Positions 13,870 to 22,662 of a stretch of DNA of 40,003 nucleotides are shown one piece after another (the stretch's first letter is position 1; each line of letters opens with the position of its first letter). The notes under the pieces were generated by a model. That model made no database searches and had not been told where the DNA came from. It saw nothing but the letters and a program-made list of their open reading frames with translations. Both the position numbers and the translations under genes were made by a program. Location: the IMG/VR virus record IMGVR_UViG_3300005611_000073, positions 1-40,003 of that record. The stretch is one strand, 5' to 3'. This stretch comes from a virus (lineage: Duplodnaviria; Caudoviricetes).

Positions 13870-16578
13870 ATGAAAAATATACTTATTGGCTTAGTGATGG
13901 TATTAACCTCACTAACAACACAAGCACAAGTCACGGGTATCGTGACAGATGCTGAAACAAATGAACCACTTGCAGCTGCAACGGTTGTTGAAAAAGGAAC
14001 CACGAACGGTGTTAGTACCGGCTTTGATGGTTCCTTTTCTATTTCTGTCAGTCAAGGTGATTCAATCCAAGTATCCTTTGTGGGATATTCAACAGTAACC
14101 TTAGCCGCAGTTGATGGTATGGTAGTTTTACTACAACCACAAACAGGTGTATTGGGTGAAGTGGTAGTAACGTCCGGCGTTATTGATGTAGCAAAAGTAC
14201 GTGAAACTCCTGTTGCTGTTTCCACAATCTCCCCTGTTGAGATTGGACTTAAAGTAGGGAACCAAGAATTCCCTGAAGTAATGAACCGAACACCCGGCGT
14301 GTACGCTACCAAACAAGGTGGTGGTTATGGTGACTCAAGAATCTCTTTAAGAGGGTTTGACCAACGTAACACGTCTTTCCTTATTAACGGACAACCCGTT
14401 AACGATATGGAAAATGGGTGGGTCTATTGGAGTAATTGGCAAGGTCTAACCGATGTAGCTTCGGGTATTCAAATCCAAAGAGGATTGGGTGCTTCTAGAT
14501 TAGCAGTTCCATCAGTAGGTGGTACGGTATCTATTTTTACCAAAGCAGCGGAGAGGGAACAAGGTGGTTCCGTTTCTCAAACGGTTGGTAATGATGGGTA
14601 TACCAAAACATCTATCGTATATAACACAGGTAAAAACTCAAACGGTTGGGCGTCTTCATTCCTTCTATCTAAATGGAGTGGTGATGGGTATGTTTATAAT
14701 ACTTCAGGTGAAGGTTGGACATACTTTGGAGCAGTTGGATATGAACCCGAAGGGTCAGCACATTCCTTAAACTTATCTATCTTAGGTGCAGGTCAATGGC
14801 ATCACCAACGAGATGTATGGGTATCTATTCGTGACTTCCAAAACTTCGGTGAAGAAGGTATTGACCAACGTTGGAACTCTAATGGTGGTACATTGAATGG
14901 AGAAGAATTCTCTATGAGAAGAAACTTCTACAACAAACCTCTTGCTACTTTCAATTGGGATTGGGATATTAACGAATCACTCAAACTTGCTACATCATTA
15001 TATGGTTCAGCGGGACGAGGTGGTGGAACCGGCCCAAGAGGTAACAACTACCGAAACGGTGATATGGATATTCTTCCATTCAGAAAAGACTTAACAGAAC
15101 ACTACCTAGAAAATGGTAGAGGTTCACGATTACCTGATGGTTCAATTGACTTTGATGCTATTGTGGCATTAAACCAATCAACTACCGACCCATATACAGG
15201 TGACATTTCTAAATTTGATGGACTACGTATTGGTTCTAATGGATTTAGAGCAGATGGTGTTAACCGTTCAGTATTGGTTCGTAGAGCTTCTATGAACTCT
15301 CACGATTGGATTGGTGGTATCTCAAACTTAGAGTTTGAAAGTGATAACTTAAAAGCTTCTATTGGAGTTGACTTACGTAACTACAAAGGGTATCATTACC
15401 GAGTACTTAATAACCTAATGGGATTAGATGGGTACTATTCAACAGGTAACAAAAACTCTGCAGGTCAGATTATTGAAACTCTTGTTGACGCGTCTCCATT
15501 CCAAAACACAGGACTAAGTGGCCCAAAGATTGACTATTATAACATTGGTTATGTAGGTTGGTATGGGTTAAACTCTTTGGTTGAGTATAGTGATGATAAG
15601 TTCACCGTTGTACTTCAAGCAGGTGGGTCTAATCAAACATACAAACGAGAAGATTTATTTGACCAACCAACACTTCCTGTTTCCGAAAAAGTAGCAGTAG
15701 GTGGTGGTTATGTAAAGGGTGGTGCAAACTACAACATTGATAGTAGAAGTAATGTGTTTTTTAACGCAGGTACTATTTCACGTCAACCTAACTTTGACGC
15801 CATATTCCCTAACTACGCTAATATCAAGAACGACGATATTCAAAACGAACAGATTACTTCTGTTGAATTGGGGTATGGGTATTTAAGTCCACAAGTTCGG
15901 TTAAACGTAAACGCGTATTCAACTACGTGGGGTAATCGTTTTGTATCACGTTCTCTAACAAACTCACAAGGTGTTGATGGGTTTGCACAATTCCGTGATA
16001 TTGATGTACGACATAATGGTGTTGAGATTGAAGGTGATTATCAACCAATCAATACTCTTAAAGTATCAGGTATGTTATCGGTAGGTGATTGGCGATATAC
16101 CAAAGACTTTGACGCAGAGTTGTTTGATGAGAATCAACAATCAATTGGTACAGGTACACTTTATACTAAAGACGCTAAAGTTGGTGACGCTGCACAATTG
16201 ACTGCATACACCGCTGTTGATTACCAAGTTGTTAAAGGAGTTAATGTAGATTTAGGATATAGATTTGTAGATGGGTTATACGCAGACTACTCTATTACTG
16301 ATTCTGACTTTACACAACCTGATAACGATGGTGCATTAAAACTTCCATCTTATGGATTATTAGACGCGGGTATAACCACACGGTTTGACTTATTTGGTCA
16401 GTCCGCTTCTTTACGAGTAAATGTAAACAACGTATTAGACAATACGTATATTGCAGAATCTAACTCCAACATTCACGCGACAGACGGTTCCACTACTTGG
16501 AACGGTGTTGATGTCCGTAACTATGTTTGGTTTGGATTTGGTAGAACTTGGAACGCTTCTTTGAAGTATGAGTTCTAA
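13870..16578 (+). CDS. TonB-dependent outer-membrane receptor with N-terminal CarboxypepD_reg-like domain
   Basis: Signal peptide; VTGIVTDAETNEPL...DGSFSI; EVVVT; plug TPGVY...ISLRGF...LING; barrel ending NVNNVLD...GRTWNASLKYEF. Confidence 0.95.
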   Translation: MKNILIGLVMVLTSLTTQAQVTGIVTDAETNEPLAAATVVEKGTTNGVSTGFDGSFSISVSQGDSIQVSFVGYSTVTLAAVDGMVVLLQPQTGVLGEVVVTSGVIDVAKVRETPVAVSTISPVEIGLKVGNQEFPEVMNRTPGVYATKQGGGYGDSRISLRGFDQRNTSFLINGQPVNDMENGWVYWSNWQGLTDVASGIQIQRGLGASRLAVPSVGGTVSIFTKAAEREQGGSVSQTVGNDGYTKTSIVYNTGKNSNGWASSFLLSKWSGDGYVYNTSGEGWTYFGAVGYEPEGSAHSLNLSILGAGQWHHQRDVWVSIRDFQNFGEEGIDQRWNSNGGTLNGEEFSMRRNFYNKPLATFNWDWDINESLKLATSLYGSAGRGGGTGPRGNNYRNGDMDILPFRKDLTEHYLENGRGSRLPDGSIDFDAIVALNQSTTDPYTGDISKFDGLRIGSNGFRADGVNRSVLVRRASMNSHDWIGGISNLEFESDNLKASIGVDLRNYKGYHYRVLNNLMGLDGYYSTGNKNSAGQIIETLVDASPFQNTGLSGPKIDYYNIGYVGWYGLNSLVEYSDDKFTVVLQAGGSNQTYKREDLFDQPTLPVSEKVAVGGGYVKGGANYNIDSRSNVFFNAGTISRQPNFDAIFPNYANIKNDDIQNEQITSVELGYGYLSPQVRLNVNAYSTTWGNRFVSRSLTNSQGVDGFAQFRDIDVRHNGVEIEGDYQPINTLKVSGMLSVGDWRYTKDFDAELFDENQQSIGTGTLYTKDAKVGDAAQLTAYTAVDYQVVKGVNVDLGYRFVDGLYADYSITDSDFTQPDNDGALKLPSYGLLDAGITTRFDLFGQSASLRVNVNNVLDNTYIAESNSNIHATDGSTTWNGVDVRNYVWFGFGRTWNASLKYEF

Positions 16579-16602
16579 TATAACTTTATATTTATAGTTA
16601 AG

Positions 16603-16630
16603 AAAGGGGGAATGAATGTTCCCCCTTTTT
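16603..16630 (+). terminator. Intrinsic terminator
   Basis: AAAGGGGGAA-TGAATG-TTCCCCCTTT followed by TT. Confidence 0.85.
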
Positions 16631-16657
16631 AGTTATTAAAAAAAAGATATAATATAA

Positions 16658-18310
16658 ATGCAGAGTTTATCTCAAATAAAAAAATCTGATAATAAATTAA
16701 AAGCACAACTAACTAAAAGAAAAACCCCTGTTGATTTAAAGATTGATTTGTCACAATACATCAATCACGCCCATCTTGTCAAGAATGATGATATGGAAAT
16801 CACTCATAGGTTTTTATTAGAAGACATTGAAGAACAGGATTGTATCTTACTACAAATTCCAAATATAAATGAATCAGGTTATTATTCAGGGATTGTTGGG
16901 TTAAAGTCATATATTGATAAGTTTTATGATATTTTAAACGTAGCAGTCATTGACCCTGTGATTGATTATTTTTTCTTAAACCCACCTGACAAACAAGGTG
17001 AGTTCTTTAATCTATTTAATACATACACCAAACAGGGTCAGTATTGGTTGTTATATGACCATCAAGAAATATACGATATAGTAGATGGATTTATATCAAA
17101 ATATATAGAAAAGACAAAAGCATCTTATATAGGATTTAGTATTATTGATGGTAATATAGATGCTACATTGGCTATTGCAAAATTAGTCAAAGAACGTTTC
17201 CCTGATATTAAAATACTAATGGGTGGTAATGGTATTCAAGTTCTTGACTTTGGAACTCTACCGAATACAAAATACACAACAGACCAATATGATTTTATAG
17301 ATGTGTTCGTTATGGGTGATGGTGAAGAAACTTTTGTTGAACTTTTAATGTCTGACTTTAGTAATGAATCATTACAAGATATTAAAGGTATTGTGTGGTG
17401 GAAGGATGGTAAATTGACTCACAACGAACGTAGGGGTAATATAGATATGGAAACCCTACCTTTTCCAAATTACGAACCATTAGAAGAGAATTATTATTAC
17501 AACAGCACATACAATACTAATGTTCCATTGGTATTTAGTAGAGGGTGTCCTTATAGATGTTCTTTTTGTTCAGTCCCCGACTTTATACCGACATTTAGAT
17601 ACAGAACAATTGATAGTGTTATTGATGAAATGGAACATTGGATAAATAAAGGAAGGTATCACTTCTTCTGTCACGACTCTATTATAAATGGAAAGCCTAA
17701 ATGGTTACAGGAGTTCTCCCGTAGAGTGATTGACAAGGGTTGGGGTGATGGTATGATTTCGTGGGGGGGTAATATGAGACTTCAAGAACATATGAGAAAC
17801 ATTGAACATATGGAGTTATATTATAAGGCGGGGATGAGGAAGATGATTACAGGATTTGAATCTGCATCAGAGCCTGTATTACGACATATGAAAAAATATA
17901 CCAAAACCGATGGTGTTAGGGAAATCTTTGAGAACGTTAGAAAAATAAACGAAGGTAAGGAGTATCCTATGCAGTTTGCAATGCAAATAATTGTTGGTTA
18001 TTTAAACGAGACCGAAGAGGATTTTCAACGAACGATAGACTTCGTAAAAGAGTATCACGACTGTATGTCAGAAATACTAACTTGTTCTGCGTTCTTATTA
18101 CACGAACCACTAAAGAAACGATGGTTGGCAGAAGGTGAAAAGTTTTATAACTTTGAAAATAACGTGGTGTATGATACCGATTACAACACCACTAAACAAA
18201 GAATTGAATGGTTAGACAAAATAGAAGAAACATTTAAAGAGATAAAAATACCATATAGTATTTACAACCGTGGTATTGTTTTAGATTTTTACGGTAGAGA
18301 AAAAAGATAG
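16658..18310 (+). CDS. B12-binding radical SAM enzyme
   Basis: KILMGG, DVFVMGDGE, SRGCPYRCSFC (CxxxCxxC), GFESAS, IVGYLNETEEDF. Confidence 0.9.
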   Translation: MQSLSQIKKSDNKLKAQLTKRKTPVDLKIDLSQYINHAHLVKNDDMEITHRFLLEDIEEQDCILLQIPNINESGYYSGIVGLKSYIDKFYDILNVAVIDPVIDYFFLNPPDKQGEFFNLFNTYTKQGQYWLLYDHQEIYDIVDGFISKYIEKTKASYIGFSIIDGNIDATLAIAKLVKERFPDIKILMGGNGIQVLDFGTLPNTKYTTDQYDFIDVFVMGDGEETFVELLMSDFSNESLQDIKGIVWWKDGKLTHNERRGNIDMETLPFPNYEPLEENYYYNSTYNTNVPLVFSRGCPYRCSFCSVPDFIPTFRYRTIDSVIDEMEHWINKGRYHFFCHDSIINGKPKWLQEFSRRVIDKGWGDGMISWGGNMRLQEHMRNIEHMELYYKAGMRKMITGFESASEPVLRHMKKYTKTDGVREIFENVRKINEGKEYPMQFAMQIIVGYLNETEEDFQRTIDFVKEYHDCMSEILTCSAFLLHEPLKKRWLAEGEKFYNFENNVVYDTDYNTTKQRIEWLDKIEETFKEIKIPYSIYNRGIVLDFYGREKR

Positions 18311-18369
18311 TTGTGTCTTTTAAATAAATGTTGTATATTGTAGTTCAACAATAAACAACCATAAATGTT

Positions 18370-18831
18370 ATGAAAGAATTACGACCCCTGATTTATTTAT
18401 TAATAGTAGCCATTGGAATGGCCTTAACAGGTTGTTCAACACCAACTTCTATTGACGAAGAAACGATTGATATAACCTTTAATATCAACTTACCAACTGA
18501 CTTAAATGGTTATTACGTTTTACAGATGGATACTTCTACTAATCAAACCTTACACCGAGTATCGGGGGTTGTTACACCACCCGTAGAACACAAACGAATT
18601 GAGTGGCGGTCTAATCTGTATTCATATTACAATACCATTAGAATGGCCACTACCAATGAACGAAGTTACACCGATGGTGATGGTGTGTTTTATAATATGA
18701 TAGGCCCTTTACGTTCTATGAGGGGTGATACAATGATGTTGGACGTTCAATGGGATGATAAGTTATTACAAGACTCCATACGAGATTATGAACCCAACCA
18801 CGCAAAAAGATTTTATATTATTTTAAAATAA
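18370..18831 (+). CDS. Lipoprotein
   Basis: Lipobox LTGC after a hydrophobic signal. Confidence 0.75.
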   Translation: MKELRPLIYLLIVAIGMALTGCSTPTSIDEETIDITFNINLPTDLNGYYVLQMDTSTNQTLHRVSGVVTPPVEHKRIEWRSNLYSYYNTIRMATTNERSYTDGDGVFYNMIGPLRSMRGDTMMLDVQWDDKLLQDSIRDYEPNHAKRFYIILK

Positions 18832-18834
18832 CCC

Positions 18835-18911
18835 TTGACATTAATAAAATAATTCCTTATCATATAAGTGTTGTGAGAGACAACGAAACCCTTAATTAAA
18901 CCCTTACTATT
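18835..18911 (+). promoter_or_regulatory. Early promoter + leader (variant)
   Basis: TTGACA-N17-TATCATATAAGTGTTG...AAACCCTTACTATTATG. Confidence 0.85.
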
Positions 18912-19181
18912 ATGTCTATTTCAAATGAAATGTTAAACCAAATGTCAATGTCAGAATTACGTAGTCTGAATGAAAAAGTTGTAGAACTTATCAGATGGAA
19001 ACGTAAGATGGAAACCATTGACGTTAGAAACGAGTTATCTAGAGGGATGACTGTTACAGTAAATCATCCTAAAGCGACAGGAAAAGTATTCTTAGTTCAT
19101 AAAGTTAATAGAACCAAAGCCGTTCTAAAAGAAGGTAACAAACAATGGAATGTTCCAATAAACTTAATAAATCTAAATTAA
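18912..19181 (+). CDS. Hypothetical early protein (SH3/KOW-like C-terminus)
   Basis: GMTVTV...GKV...KVNRTKAV...WNVP. Confidence 0.7.
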   Translation: MSISNEMLNQMSMSELRSLNEKVVELIRWKRKMETIDVRNELSRGMTVTVNHPKATGKVFLVHKVNRTKAVLKEGNKQWNVPINLINLN

Positions 19182-19205
19182 ATTAAAAAAAAATTGATAA
19201 AGAAC

Positions 19206-19266
19206 TTGACTTTAATTGCCAGGTTCTTTATCTTTCTTATGTAATGTTAATCAAACCCTTACTATT
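19206..19266 (+). promoter_or_regulatory. Early promoter + leader (variant)
   Basis: TTGACT-N17-TATCTT...AAACCCTTACTATTATG. Confidence 0.8.
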
Positions 19267-19848
19267 ATGTCTAAAAAATTCAAATTCAATCTAAACGGAA
19301 TGACCTTCCAACTTCCTCAAAAACACTTACGTACTCACGGTTGGAACGGTAAAAAACTTGACTCTCCTGAAATTTATATGAGTCACGTTGCAACTGCTAG
19401 TGTCATTAAACAGTATGTAAAGAAAAACTTTCCAAACATCACAGTCAGTTCCACTTCGGATTCCTTTTCAGGTGGTAACTCCGTTTCCATTTATCTTTCT
19501 GATTCATATGGATACGAAGTAAATGAACAGATTTACGACGATGTCCACTCATTCGCTAAAATGTTCCAAATGGGAACGTTCAACGGAATGATTGATTTAT
19601 ATGAGATGGATGATGACCGAGATATGGTTACTGAAAATGGAACCAAGATTGATGTTTCTACCAAATGGGTTTCAGTCAACAACCGACCAAAGTTTGGTTC
19701 TCTACCTGATGTGGTGAGAATGTTACGAGAAATGACCACTACTGAGAATTATGTATTTGGTCAATTGACTATTGAAAAGGCAATTGAACAAGTTAAATCA
19801 TATGGTGTTTCTGAAAACAACATTAACAAAGCCGTTCAACTCCTGTAA
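19267..19848 (+). CDS. LPD29-like domain protein (start moved to 19267)
   Basis: IKQYVKKNFP...S..FSGGNSVSI...GTFNGMIDLYE resembles large polyvalent protein domain 29. Confidence 0.65.
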   Translation: MSKKFKFNLNGMTFQLPQKHLRTHGWNGKKLDSPEIYMSHVATASVIKQYVKKNFPNITVSSTSDSFSGGNSVSIYLSDSYGYEVNEQIYDDVHSFAKMFQMGTFNGMIDLYEMDDDRDMVTENGTKIDVSTKWVSVNNRPKFGSLPDVVRMLREMTTTENYVFGQLTIEKAIEQVKSYGVSENNINKAVQLL

Positions 19849-19967
19849 TGAGTAATCAAAATCAAAATGGTAAAGGGGACAAATCACGTCCCCTTTCTAT
19901 ATCTAAAAAAGAATTTGATAAGAAGTGGGATAAGATTTTTGGAAAGAAAAACAAAAACAAAAAATAA
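19848..19967 (+). CDS. 39-aa basic peptide (not in the ORF track)
   Basis: MSNQNQNGKGDKSRPLSISKKEFDKKWDKIFGKKNKNKK; TAATG coupling with the previous gene. Confidence 0.65.
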   Translation: MSNQNQNGKGDKSRPLSISKKEFDKKWDKIFGKKNKNKK

Positions 19968-19978
19968 TTGGATACTAT

Positions 19979-20176
19979 ATGATTTTTTTATATATTCTAG
20001 AATACACACTAATTGGTTTCTTATATCTAAGATTCATTGAATGGATGGTTGATGATGATGAAAAAATAAGAGAAAGTAAAATGAGTAAAACATTAACTAT
20101 TCTTTTTTGGCCTATTCCACTCATCTCATTCGTTGTAGGTGTAATAAACGGACTTTACAAAGCAATAACAAAATAA
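19979..20176 (+). CDS. Small membrane protein
   Basis: Two hydrophobic segments; ILFWP motif. Confidence 0.65.
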   Translation: MIFLYILEYTLIGFLYLRFIEWMVDDDEKIRESKMSKTLTILFWPIPLISFVVGVINGLYKAITK

Positions 20177-20183
20177 CAACATT

Positions 20184-20420
20184 ATGGCAAAACTAACATA
20201 TACACGTGATGACAGCGAGTTTATCACCGAAGCAAGTAAAATAGAATTCACAATAAGTGAAGATATGGACATTTATGAATTTCATACAATGTGTATTAGA
20301 TTAGCACAATCGGTTGGGTATCATTACCAATCCATTGAAGATGCGTTTGGTCAAACACACGATTACCCCCAACCAACACGAGAAGAAATAGAAACTGTAA
20401 AACAACTACTAAAGGGATGA
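20184..20420 (+). CDS. Hypothetical protein
   Basis: Operon geometry. Confidence 0.65.
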   Translation: MAKLTYTRDDSEFITEASKIEFTISEDMDIYEFHTMCIRLAQSVGYHYQSIEDAFGQTHDYPQPTREEIETVKQLLKG

Positions 20421-20761
20421 TAGAAGAAACAGCCGTAGAATACTGTGAACGACTTTATCCCGAAATGATGAATGAGTTTAGACAGATACAAAATGAAATG
20501 TATGAAACGTTTTGTAAAAAACAACGAAACTATGGGCCGGGTAATATATCACTTGGGACTCCGTTGGAAACAAACGAAGATAAAAAAGTATCATTAACAG
20601 GATTATTTTTTCGTATGAATGATAAGATACAACGTATCAAACAACTTATAGTCTTAGGCCAACCCGATGAGGTTGGTGAGAGTATTGATGATACGTTAGA
20701 AGACTTATCAGTATATGGAGTAATCGCACAACTTGTAAAACGAGGTAAATGGGCAAAATGA
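20417..20761 (+). CDS. DUF1599 / nucleotide-modification-associated domain 1 protein
   Basis: KKQRNYG...RMNDKIQR...ESIDDTLEDLSVY. Confidence 0.8.
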   Translation: MIEETAVEYCERLYPEMMNEFRQIQNEMYETFCKKQRNYGPGNISLGTPLETNEDKKVSLTGLFFRMNDKIQRIKQLIVLGQPDEVGESIDDTLEDLSVYGVIAQLVKRGKWAK

Positions 20762-21090
20762 AAGAACAATTAGAATTATTTGACGGTGTATCATTTGATA
20801 CACTAATACAAAAAACACTTGAGTGGGCAGACGACAAAGGTATTCTCCAACAAGAAAACGCACCAAAACAAATGTTAAAAGTTTTGGAAGAAGTTGGAGA
20901 GACTGCAGGTGCTCTATTGAAAGACAATCAAGAAGAACTTAAAGATGGAATTGGTGATTCTTTTGTTACTCTAATTATATTGGCTGGTCAGTTAGGATAC
21001 ACACCAACAGAATGTCTTTTAGCTGCTTACAATGAAATCAAAGGACGAACAGGAAAACTTGAAGGTGGGGTCTTTGTAAAAGATGAGTAA
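20758..21090 (+). CDS. MazG-like nucleotide pyrophosphohydrolase
   Basis: QMLKVLEEVGE...LKDGIGD...AYNEIKGRTG. Confidence 0.85.
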   Translation: MKEQLELFDGVSFDTLIQKTLEWADDKGILQQENAPKQMLKVLEEVGETAGALLKDNQEELKDGIGDSFVTLIILAGQLGYTPTECLLAAYNEIKGRTGKLEGGVFVKDE

Positions 21091-21298
21091 AGAATACTAT
21101 TCACCACATACATACAAACAAAACACGTGGGAAGGTGATGATGACACCATAGAACAATCGGCGATGGATATCGCGTACGAAGAGTACCGTAGAACATATC
21201 TTTGGGATTTAGATACTCCACTACCACGTGATAAGTTTGAAAAAAGGTTAGAGGTGGATGAAGATTTTAGAAATATATGGGGGCCGGTTGAGAGTTAA
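21083..21298 (+). CDS. Hypothetical protein
   Basis: Overlap with the MazG gene. Confidence 0.6.
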   Translation: MSKEYYSPHTYKQNTWEGDDDTIEQSAMDIAYEEYRRTYLWDLDTPLPRDKFEKRLEVDEDFRNIWGPVES

Positions 21299-21394
21299 TT
21301 TTTTTTGTAAAAAATAAAATAATGACTCCGACAATCCTAATATATATTCTATTTATTTACTCATTCAAAACAAAACCTATAATCAACGAGATAT

Positions 21395-22642
21395 ATGCTA
21401 CAATACGTTATTAAACGAAACTCCGAAAAAGAATTATACCAACCTACAAAAATAACCAATGCCGTCCTCAAATCTATGGAAGAGGTAGGTGATGTCAATA
21501 AAGAAATGGCAGAGGACGTGTCGTCAAATGTGACCGTTGAGTTATGGAACGGTGGGATAGATAACCCAACTGTTGATGATATTCACGACTTGGTTGAGAA
21601 CGAGTTAATGAATATGGGACTTAATGATGTAGCAAAATCATATATCCTTTACAGAGACAAACACAGACCAAACGTATTTAACAAAAGAACCAATCTTAAA
21701 CCATACGAATACCCACAGTTGAATGAGTATGTTGATGCGATTAGACATTCATATTGGGTTCATACCGAGTTTAACTTTACATCAGATATTCAAGACTTTA
21801 AAGTAAACTTATCACATAAAGAAAAAACATCAGTACAGAGAGCGATGTTGGCTATATCTCAAATTGAAATAGCGGTTAAAACGTTTTGGGGTAAGATATA
21901 TGATAAGATGCCTAAACCCGAGATTGGAAACGTTGGTGCTACATTTGCAGAATCAGAAGTCAGACACGCAGACGCCTATTCCAACTTAATTAAAGTATTA
22001 GGATTAAACAAAGAGTTTGAAACTCTTATGGAAGTCCCAGCTGTTCGTAAACGAGTTAAGTATTTAGAAAAGTCTATTGCCAATTCAAGTGTATTGGGTA
22101 ATAAAGAATATTTTGAAACCGTTATACTTTTTTCAATGTTTGTAGAAAACGTATCACTCTTTTCTCAATTCTTAGTAATTATGGCGTTCAATAAACATAA
22201 GAATGTTTTAAAAGGAATGAGTAACGCAGTTGAAGCTACATCTAAAGAAGAACGAATTCACGCAGAGTTCGGGTTTGATTTAGTCAATCTAATTAAATCA
22301 GAAAATCCAAGTTGGTGGACAGAGGAATTAGTGTCTGACATTGTTGATGCTACCATTGATGCATATGACGCAGAGTCCGACATAGTAGAATGGATGTTTG
22401 AGGAAGGTGATTTGGACTTCCTCACCAAAGACGAAACTTTAGAATTCATCAAAGACCGATTCAATAGGTCACTAGAAAGTATTGGCATTGATGGGATTTT
22501 TAAAGTAAATGAACAGTTATTAGAAAATACTGAATGGTTTGATGATGAAATATTAGCAACCAAACACACAGACTTCTTTAACAAAAGAAGTATCAATTAT
22601 TCCAAACGACAAAAGTCTATTACATCAGACGATTTATTTTAA
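21395..22642 (+). CDS. nrdB: Ribonucleotide reductase beta subunit with N-terminal ATP cone
   Basis: VIKRN...IHDLVENELM...AKSYILYR ATP cone; EVRHADAY, VENVSLF, EERIH; DFF C-terminus. Confidence 0.92.
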   Translation: MLQYVIKRNSEKELYQPTKITNAVLKSMEEVGDVNKEMAEDVSSNVTVELWNGGIDNPTVDDIHDLVENELMNMGLNDVAKSYILYRDKHRPNVFNKRTNLKPYEYPQLNEYVDAIRHSYWVHTEFNFTSDIQDFKVNLSHKEKTSVQRAMLAISQIEIAVKTFWGKIYDKMPKPEIGNVGATFAESEVRHADAYSNLIKVLGLNKEFETLMEVPAVRKRVKYLEKSIANSSVLGNKEYFETVILFSMFVENVSLFSQFLVIMAFNKHKNVLKGMSNAVEATSKEERIHAEFGFDLVNLIKSENPSWWTEELVSDIVDATIDAYDAESDIVEWMFEEGDLDFLTKDETLEFIKDRFNRSLESIGIDGIFKVNEQLLENTEWFDDEILATKHTDFFNKRSINYSKRQKSITSDDLF

Positions 22643-22662
22643 CAATTTAATTATTACATACG

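Noticed and set aside
14519-14770. Nested + strand ORFs in alternative frames (14519..14770, 28545..28733)
   Set aside because: They lie wholly inside strongly supported genes and have no start signals or motifs
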